Source: Perna viridis (taxonomy: Eukaryota). From it: 64,000 bases of DNA. Within the stretch, counting starts at the first letter, position 1, and each line of letters starts with the position of its first letter. The position numbers and the translations under genes are program-made. The stretch covers positions 2,790,001 to 2,854,000 of the forward strand of contig CM074518.1 in assembly GCA_037379345.1 (NCBI GenBank). Direction: 5' to 3'. Shown here piece after piece: positions 63,201 through 64,000 of the stretch. The notes beneath the pieces were generated by a model that searched no databases, was not told the origin of the DNA, and was given only the letters and a program-made list of their open reading frames with translations.

Positions 63201-63967
63201 GATCTGGTAGCAGTTTTTCCAGGTATAATAAATATAAATGTTAGTTTGTTCCTTTTTTACAGTGGAGCTTTCGGAGTTGTTCACAGATGTGTTGAGAAAT
63301 CTACAGGGCGTGTATTTGTAGCCAAGTTCATCAATACTCCTTATCCATTAGATAAATATGCTGTAAAGAATGAAATCAACGTAATGAACCAATGTCATCA
63401 CCCTAAACTCCTCCAGTTAAAGGATGCATTCGAGGATAAATATGAAATGTGTCTTATCCTGGAGTTGTAAGTTTTACTACAATGTATATTATCAATAAAA
63501 ACATATGCAAACATGGGCAAAACACACTAAAAAATATCTTGAACTGAACCTTAGGAAGGAAGTAGGATAATTTGTGATTTTATGTTTAGTTCTACAAATA
63601 TCCAAAATATCTACATGAGTGTTTAGATACTTGTAATTACAATGGACTATGTATTCACAAAAACAGAATGTTACATCGCCTGATAAAAAAGATGAATTTT
63701 TAATTATTAAGAGTGAAAACATAATTAACAAGTGTTCAATTTATGACTTTTAAGTAGTGAAAGTTTGGTATGTTTGATACAGTTAGAAGAATTACTTAAT
63801 AATTGAGAATATCATCCTGTTTCAGTTTGGCAGGTGGAGAATTGTTTGACAGAATAGCAGCAGAAGATTACAAGATGACAGAATGTGAAGTTATTAACTA
63901 CATGAGACAAGTCTGTGATGGACTTAAACACATGCATGAGAACAGTATTGTACATTTAGATGTTAAA
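49..63967 (+). CDS. unc-22: Twitchin (titin/UNC-22/projectin family giant muscle kinase), multi-exon gene, partial at both ends
   Basis: Phase-consistent chain of GT-AG exons encoding I-set Ig and Fn3 repeats, a PEVK-rich linker, a DFRSLL motif, the [13 protein letters not shown] (D1) site and kinase motifs GSGAFGVV / VAKFI / HLDVK. Confidence 0.96.
381..1848. repeat. 64-bp tandem repeat, ~23 copies
   Basis: Unit aatgatttgtgtggtggtgatgactaaagatctgaactggcacctgcaccacgaaacttgaaat; about 17 identical copies, then diverging copies. Confidence 0.97.
2204..2277 (+). CDS. unc-22: Twitchin exon, start of PEVK-like linker
   Basis: [25 protein letters not shown]; phase 1 to 0; tgcag/ and /gttaaa. Confidence 0.75.
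2435..2533. repeat. 34-bp tandem repeat x3
   Basis: catcaaataaggacagcatctactcccaaactaa. Confidence 0.85.
2747..2834 (+). CDS. unc-22: Twitchin PEVK-rich exon
   Basis: [29 protein letters not shown] (21 of 29 residues P/E/V/K); phase 0 to 1. Confidence 0.8.
4412..4471 (+). CDS. unc-22: Putative 60-nt cassette exon in PEVK linker
   Basis: [20 protein letters not shown]; symmetric phase 1-1; acag/ and /gtaggg. Confidence 0.65.
5046..5123 (+). CDS. unc-22: Putative 78-nt cassette exon in PEVK linker
   Basis: [26 protein letters not shown]; phase 1-1; tttaacag/ and /gtatgt. Confidence 0.55.
7113..7184 (+). CDS. unc-22: Putative 72-nt cassette exon in PEVK linker
   Basis: [24 protein letters not shown]; phase 1-1; /gtaagt. 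Confidence 0.55.
8140..8271 (+). CDS. unc-22: Twitchin exon, end of PEVK linker and start of Ig7
   Basis: [44 protein letters not shown]; contains RKIS PKA consensus. Confidence 0.85.
8401..9080. repeat. 86-bp tandem repeat, ~8 copies
   Basis: cagctatcacatacaaggtccctattgtatctcagtatcactagatgagatatagaaatgtcttggcctgacttgcaggaggcaga. Confidence 0.95.
9541..9783 (+). CDS. unc-22: Twitchin exon, Ig domain (Ig7)
   Basis: [39 protein letters not shown]...[26 protein letters not shown]. Confidence 0.9.
9913..9927 (+). CDS. unc-22: Candidate 15-nt microexon (GPLAP)
   Basis: actatttag/gcccccttgcgcctg/gtaagt; phase 1-1. Confidence 0.45.
10931..12012. repeat. 46-47-bp tandem repeat, ~23 copies
   Basis: aaagtgttcatattgatgtaaggctcaaacctgtagaagtttggttt. 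Confidence 0.95.
12856..14165. repeat. ~23-bp degenerate minisatellite, >50 copies
   Basis: gtgagaagttatgtgaaacattg. Confidence 0.93.
14336..14381 (+). CDS. unc-22: Twitchin exon with DFRxxL motif
   Basis: [16 protein letters not shown]; DFRxxL is the F-actin-binding motif of smooth-muscle MLCK. Confidence 0.88.
14547..14890. repeat. ~31-33-bp tandem repeat, ~10 copies
   Basis: aaacctgtctaaaccaaactctgaataatctga. Confidence 0.9.
15191..15249 (+). CDS. unc-22: Twitchin linker exon
   Basis: (R)[19 protein letters not shown]; phase 2 to 1, fits the preceding exon. Confidence 0.85.
15754..15780 (+). CDS. unc-22: Candidate 27-nt microexon (VDTPPGPPQ)
   Basis: cttatttcag/ ... /gtatgt; phase 1-1. 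Confidence 0.5.
15984..16006 (+). CDS. unc-22: Candidate 23-nt microexon (YLRPYLK), phase 1 to 0
   Basis: ttttcaataacag/ ... aag/gtacta; same phases as exon 17154-17224. Confidence 0.4.
17154..17224 (+). CDS. unc-22: Twitchin linker exon with RRAS PKA site
   Basis: [24 protein letters not shown]; phase 1 to 0; /gtatgt. Confidence 0.82.
17659..17955 (+). CDS. unc-22: Putative twitchin cassette exon with tandem PKA-consensus repeats
   Basis: [76 protein letters not shown]...; phase 0-0; donor either GC after 17952 or GT after 17955. Confidence 0.65.
18589..18639 (+). CDS. unc-22: Putative 51-nt cassette exon with RRLS site
   Basis: [17 protein letters not shown]; ttttgcatctgtag/ and /gtaagt; phase 0-0. 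Confidence 0.65.
20178..20192 (+). CDS. unc-22: Candidate 15-nt microexon (PQSQK)
   Basis: ctttattttttag/cctcaatcacagaag/gtaaaa; phase 0-0. Confidence 0.5.
21264..21449 (+). CDS. unc-22: Twitchin exon with the D1 PKA phosphorylation site
   Basis: [62 protein letters not shown]; [13 protein letters not shown] is the D1 peptide of molluscan catch-muscle twitchin. Confidence 0.9.
22393..22660 (+). CDS. unc-22: Twitchin exon, Ig8
   Basis: [39 protein letters not shown]...[21 protein letters not shown]. Confidence 0.93.
22819..22958 (+). CDS. unc-22: Twitchin exon, N-half of Ig9
   Basis: [47 protein letters not shown]. Confidence 0.9.
24060..26450 (-). CDS. Nested antisense gene, main exon: protein with tandem ubiquitin-like domains and a basic Pro/Lys-rich tail
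   Basis: 781-aa ORF (ATG at 26405), frame open back to a minus-strand acceptor (ttttttgtgtttctag at 26451). Segment [53 protein letters not shown] aligns by eye with ubiquitin [53 protein letters not shown]; 4-6 more ~70-85-aa repeats. Confidence 0.85.
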   Translation of the reverse strand, partial: RPGHDGQLQRQHLRNMQERMSDSEDDDNSDFEHFETDENTEFMHLHPLAGQNVALWSFAKYDSIAIFEPDRYLVNNIIEYAEKHLGFQRFQHKLRILSPGQLSPVNLKTVYSVRPGSVVMVMPEENASVNIEISQLKTKFNLPVDLSWTVRKIKTLIRRRKGIPVERQEILYSNNALENNRRLFEYRIKNDSKLYVMIQAHFDLLINVETFWGKNYRFYLDPCSTGMDIIYAVFNRAFSSNGPEDAGLHELYVPIHVLVLQYKNKIVNWDFCIAYLGIRTGEKLLLSTVVHHSNMRLSTVNVVTETGERYSVTVSPYDRWSILAFMLHGLTNIPVDLIRLYKNSKRVDFSSPMGHLEYDNLVIMNVVMTQIDRDIVFGVPLKISIGHGIIENLRISANKTVKHLKKKLEKMGVPNATLYELTIGNQKLPNSSKIMDAVFDLEIPLVLKQETFPVFAHTPDGVIYKTYLRVNQTISSFKHKIELKTGYPLRYSRLLVAGNEIRENHESVLFESGISCRNSIFFLPPQDIETFNILGNRWLEKIRISHNATASDVKAAVWNTRKVSEQSLNSILTILYWYFMPRIAESSRPYIKTKIKKRMPVARETLYDLKNQGKLQYLEKDILAKHKLRAAYSSPIPWSGHKPNKPPKVHHHIKSNNLPKFESTQFIDPNIKLESGGTGHPQIYDSPRSTVPPWMKNIQTRSQANRLTLAPVEEGPHGMVGFHPSKIRKKIKSKPPEANPLKPNHSHKMYKPRTKPNSVIPKRFRYDFQIFDYIASEDGYEDQSDSMLPQHFLPKV
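26912..26977 (-). CDS. Probable upstream coding exon of the nested Ubl gene
   Basis: [22 protein letters not shown] followed by caa/gtaagt donor, phase 0, joins in frame to 26450. Confidence 0.5.
29246..29269 (+). CDS. unc-22: Candidate 24-nt microexon inside Ig9 (LPKRGTPE)
   Basis: gtccattcttgtag/ ... gag/gtatag; phase 0-0, matching the host intron. Confidence 0.45.
30328..30466 (+). CDS. unc-22: Twitchin exon, C-half of Ig9
   Basis: [46 protein letters not shown]. Confidence 0.9.
30724..30845 (+). CDS. unc-22: Twitchin exon, N-half of Ig10
   Basis: [41 protein letters not shown]. Confidence 0.92.
31123..32712. repeat. 58-bp tandem repeat, ~27 copies
   Basis: atacaccagtatgttgtatatataccagtac(t/a)tgacta(tt/ca)acctc(c/a)gt(c/g)acacatg(t/a)t. 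Confidence 0.96.
33493..34240. repeat. ~29-bp degenerate tandem repeat, ~25 copies
   Basis: ttaaggtgaggcttagaaccaggggatag. Confidence 0.92.
35314..35458 (+). CDS. unc-22: Twitchin exon, C-half of Ig10
   Basis: [48 protein letters not shown]. Confidence 0.92.
36008..36063 (-). mobile_element. 5'-truncated copy (3' tail only) of the SINE-like element at 53494-54000
   Basis: tttgtttgttggggtttaacgtccgagcagcaatatttcagctatattcagacaa is identical to about 53495-53549. Confidence 0.8.
36117..36258 (+). CDS. unc-22: Twitchin exon, N-half of Ig11
   Basis: [48 protein letters not shown]. Confidence 0.9.
36227..36414. repeat. 47-bp perfect tandem repeat x4 of exon end plus donor site
   Basis: aaaaatggaaaacccatcgataaagatgatcc/gtaagtactttcagt. 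Confidence 0.95.
36696..36826 (+). CDS. unc-22: Twitchin exon, C-half of Ig11
   Basis: [43 protein letters not shown]. Confidence 0.9.
37275..37562 (+). CDS. unc-22: Twitchin exon, Ig domain
   Basis: [43 protein letters not shown]...[14 protein letters not shown]. Confidence 0.93.
37754..38053 (+). CDS. unc-22: Twitchin exon, Fn3 domain
   Basis: [15 protein letters not shown]...[20 protein letters not shown]...[23 protein letters not shown]. Confidence 0.95.
38301..38932. mobile_element. MITE (non-autonomous DNA transposon) with 129-bp terminal inverted repeats and TA flanks
   Basis: 38301-38429 is a near-perfect reverse complement of 38804-38932; TA on both sides (Tc1/mariner-like); no transposase. 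Confidence 0.88.
39013..39164 (+). CDS. unc-22: Twitchin exon, Fn3 N-half
   Basis: [51 protein letters not shown]. Confidence 0.93.
39664..39814 (+). CDS. unc-22: Twitchin exon, Fn3 C-half
   Basis: [50 protein letters not shown]. Confidence 0.93.
39993..40120 (+). CDS. unc-22: Twitchin exon, Ig N-half
   Basis: [43 protein letters not shown]. Confidence 0.9.
40658..40669 (+). CDS. unc-22: Candidate 12-nt microexon inside an Ig domain (DLSK)
   Basis: cttttctaccactttag/gacttatcaaaa/gtaagt; phase 0-0. Confidence 0.5.
41550..41830 (+). CDS. unc-22: Twitchin exon, Ig C-half plus Fn3 start
   Basis: [16 protein letters not shown]...[34 protein letters not shown]...[14 protein letters not shown]. 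Confidence 0.92.
42195..42391 (+). CDS. unc-22: Twitchin exon, Fn3
   Basis: [17 protein letters not shown]...[35 protein letters not shown]. Confidence 0.93.
42645..42817 (+). CDS. unc-22: Twitchin exon, Fn3 N-half
   Basis: [58 protein letters not shown]. Confidence 0.93.
43051..43180 (+). CDS. unc-22: Twitchin exon, Fn3 C-half
   Basis: [43 protein letters not shown]. Confidence 0.92.
43570..43718 (+). CDS. unc-22: Twitchin exon, Ig N-half
   Basis: [50 protein letters not shown]. Confidence 0.92.
44262..44388. repeat. Long hairpin / inverted repeat (52-bp arms, ~23-nt loop), probably a foldback or MITE remnant
   Basis: tagtgattgagtggctgtgtacggaatttaccctggtcaatagattccatac pairs with gtatgaaatatactgaccagggtaaattccgtacactgccactaaatcatta (6 differences, 23-bp perfect core). 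Confidence 0.85.
44522..44657 (+). CDS. unc-22: Twitchin exon, Ig C-half
   Basis: [45 protein letters not shown]. Confidence 0.92.
44655..44895. repeat. ~22-23-bp tandem repeat starting at the donor site, ~10 copies
   Basis: gg(t/g)aagttgtcaggggactaact. Confidence 0.85.
45038..45145 (+). CDS. unc-22: Twitchin exon, Fn3 N-part
   Basis: [36 protein letters not shown]. Confidence 0.92.
45666..45860 (+). CDS. unc-22: Twitchin exon, Fn3 C-part
   Basis: [19 protein letters not shown]...[36 protein letters not shown]. Confidence 0.93.
46150..46254 (+). CDS. unc-22: Twitchin exon, Fn3 N-part
   Basis: [35 protein letters not shown]. Confidence 0.92.
46440..46634 (+). CDS. unc-22: Twitchin exon, Fn3 C-part
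   Basis: [21 protein letters not shown]...[24 protein letters not shown]. Confidence 0.93.
47030..47329 (+). CDS. unc-22: Twitchin exon, Fn3
   Basis: [40 protein letters not shown]...[23 protein letters not shown]. Confidence 0.95.
47359..47633. repeat. ~140-bp intronic direct duplication
   Basis: caggtatctattgtaa..aaaactgagcatttattatttatat...gtgattacatgtattta.atcagaatatgaaaaaa occurs twice. Confidence 0.8.
47656..47813 (+). CDS. unc-22: Twitchin exon, Ig N-half
   Basis: [53 protein letters not shown]. Confidence 0.92.
47930..48650. mobile_element. Probable transposon-derived insertion with internal tandem repeats
   Basis: CpG-richer than its flanks; 3x tggctgcattccgagctc.gcaa.taggga...cctggaaaaatgaaggaagtt (48316-48497) and ~6x ataatacctcaccactt(g)gtt (48523-48648); ends not resolved. 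Confidence 0.45.
48832..48955 (+). CDS. unc-22: Twitchin exon, Ig C-half
   Basis: [41 protein letters not shown]. Confidence 0.92.
49240..49542 (+). CDS. unc-22: Twitchin exon, Fn3
   Basis: [41 protein letters not shown]...[22 protein letters not shown]. Confidence 0.95.
50088..50238 (+). CDS. unc-22: Twitchin exon, Fn3 N-half
   Basis: [51 protein letters not shown]. Confidence 0.93.
50623..50774 (+). CDS. unc-22: Twitchin exon, Fn3 C-half
   Basis: [50 protein letters not shown]. Confidence 0.93.
51050..51168 (+). CDS. unc-22: Twitchin exon, Ig N-half
   Basis: [40 protein letters not shown]. Confidence 0.92.
51660..51825 (+). CDS. unc-22: Twitchin exon, Ig C-half
   Basis: [55 protein letters not shown]. 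Confidence 0.93.
52107..52189 (+). CDS. unc-22: Twitchin exon, Fn3 N-part
   Basis: [28 protein letters not shown]. Confidence 0.92.
52483..52702 (+). CDS. unc-22: Twitchin exon, Fn3 C-part
   Basis: [60 protein letters not shown]. Confidence 0.93.
52962..53150 (+). CDS. unc-22: Twitchin exon, Fn3 N-part
   Basis: [62 protein letters not shown]. Confidence 0.93.
53494..54000 (-). mobile_element. SINE-like non-autonomous retroelement with (CAAA)n tail and 11-bp target-site duplication
   Basis: TSD tattgtatgtg at 53483-53493 and 54001-54011; GC-rich body; tail ...atatagctgaaatattgctgctcggacgttaaaccccaacaaacaaa; second truncated copy at 36008. Confidence 0.85.
54045..54158 (+). CDS. unc-22: Twitchin exon, Fn3 C-part
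   Basis: [38 protein letters not shown]. Confidence 0.93.
54461..54565 (+). CDS. unc-22: Twitchin exon, Fn3 N-part
   Basis: [34 protein letters not shown]. Confidence 0.92.
55093..55231. repeat. 28-bp tandem repeat, ~5 copies
   Basis: taattttcaaaaacaacatattaacagg. Confidence 0.85.
55683..55880 (+). CDS. unc-22: Twitchin exon, Fn3 C-part
   Basis: [54 protein letters not shown]. Confidence 0.93.
56109..56223 (+). CDS. unc-22: Twitchin exon, Ig N-half
   Basis: [39 protein letters not shown]. Confidence 0.9.
56194..56527. repeat. 37-bp tandem repeat of exon end plus donor site, ~9 copies
   Basis: acatggcaaaccaatgcccgatgttacatg/gtaagtc. Confidence 0.92.
56750..56922 (+). CDS. unc-22: Twitchin exon, Ig C-half
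   Basis: [57 protein letters not shown]. Confidence 0.92.
57005..57628. repeat. ~31-bp degenerate tandem repeat of the acceptor junction, ~18-20 copies
   Basis: atctctttaatccattacag/ctc... variants, ending in the real acceptor ttccattttag/ctcctcctaagttctcc. Confidence 0.8.
57607..57795 (+). CDS. unc-22: Twitchin exon, Ig N-part
   Basis: [62 protein letters not shown]. Confidence 0.92.
57791..57963. repeat. ~30-bp tandem repeat starting at the donor site, ~6 copies
   Basis: taatg/gtgagttatatgtacagtgagacaa. Confidence 0.85.
58156..58245 (+). CDS. unc-22: Twitchin exon, Ig C-part
   Basis: [30 protein letters not shown]. Confidence 0.9.
58668..58840 (+). CDS. unc-22: Twitchin exon, Fn3 N-half
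   Basis: [58 protein letters not shown]. Confidence 0.93.
59089..59218 (+). CDS. unc-22: Twitchin exon, Fn3 C-half
   Basis: [43 protein letters not shown]. Confidence 0.93.
59466..59768 (+). CDS. unc-22: Twitchin exon, Fn3
   Basis: [42 protein letters not shown]...[24 protein letters not shown]. Confidence 0.95.
59900..60184 (+). CDS. unc-22: Twitchin exon, Ig
   Basis: [44 protein letters not shown]...[26 protein letters not shown]. Confidence 0.94.
60515..60799 (+). CDS. unc-22: Twitchin exon, Ig
   Basis: [38 protein letters not shown]...[26 protein letters not shown]. Confidence 0.95.
61016..61181 (+). CDS. unc-22: Twitchin exon, kinase-adjacent Fn3 N-half
   Basis: [55 protein letters not shown]. 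Confidence 0.94.
61424..61581 (+). CDS. unc-22: Twitchin exon, Fn3 C-half
   Basis: [52 protein letters not shown]. Confidence 0.92.
61950..62009 (+). CDS. unc-22: Twitchin exon, N-terminal kinase linker
   Basis: [20 protein letters not shown]. Confidence 0.88.
62155..62400. repeat. ~33-bp degenerate tandem repeat, ~7 copies
   Basis: tcattgaccagggagaaccttccttct.aatact. Confidence 0.7.
62596..62689 (+). CDS. unc-22: Twitchin exon, linker and kinase start
   Basis: [30 protein letters not shown]. Confidence 0.93.
63263..63466 (+). CDS. unc-22: Twitchin kinase exon (subdomains I-V)
   Basis: [68 protein letters not shown]. Confidence 0.96.
63826..63967 (+). CDS. unc-22: Twitchin kinase exon (to the catalytic loop)
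   Basis: [47 protein letters not shown]. Confidence 0.96.
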
Positions 63968-64000
63968 GTAAGTTAATCATATTCATCCTCATTATATGAA

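Overview
AT-rich, intron-rich animal genomic DNA, most likely a bivalve mollusc (Mytilus-like). The whole window lies inside one plus-strand gene for the giant muscle kinase twitchin (titin/UNC-22/projectin family). About 50 core GT-AG exons can be joined in frame by hand. They give Ig, PEVK-like linker, Ig, DFRxxL/PKA D1 linker ([13 protein letters not shown]), Ig4, (IgFn2)2, IgFn3, IgFn2, IgFn3, Ig2Fn2, Ig2Fn and the start of the kinase domain. This matches the domain order I recall for Mytilus catch-muscle twitchin from about Ig6 onward. Both ends of the gene lie outside the window. Most notable extras: (1) a nested antisense gene in the 7.4-kb intron that splits an Ig domain, encoding a ~800-aa protein with 5-7 tandem divergent ubiquitin-like domains and no di-Gly motifs; (2) many frame-compatible cassette and micro-exons around the PEVK and D1 linkers and inside Ig loops, including one exon with about six tandem PKA sites; (3) at least nine minisatellites made from copies of the gene's own splice junctions; (4) a TSD-flanked SINE-like element with a pseudoknotted non-tRNA 5' head, a MITE, a hairpin element and several intronic satellites. 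Exon boundaries were read by eye; no database searches were run.
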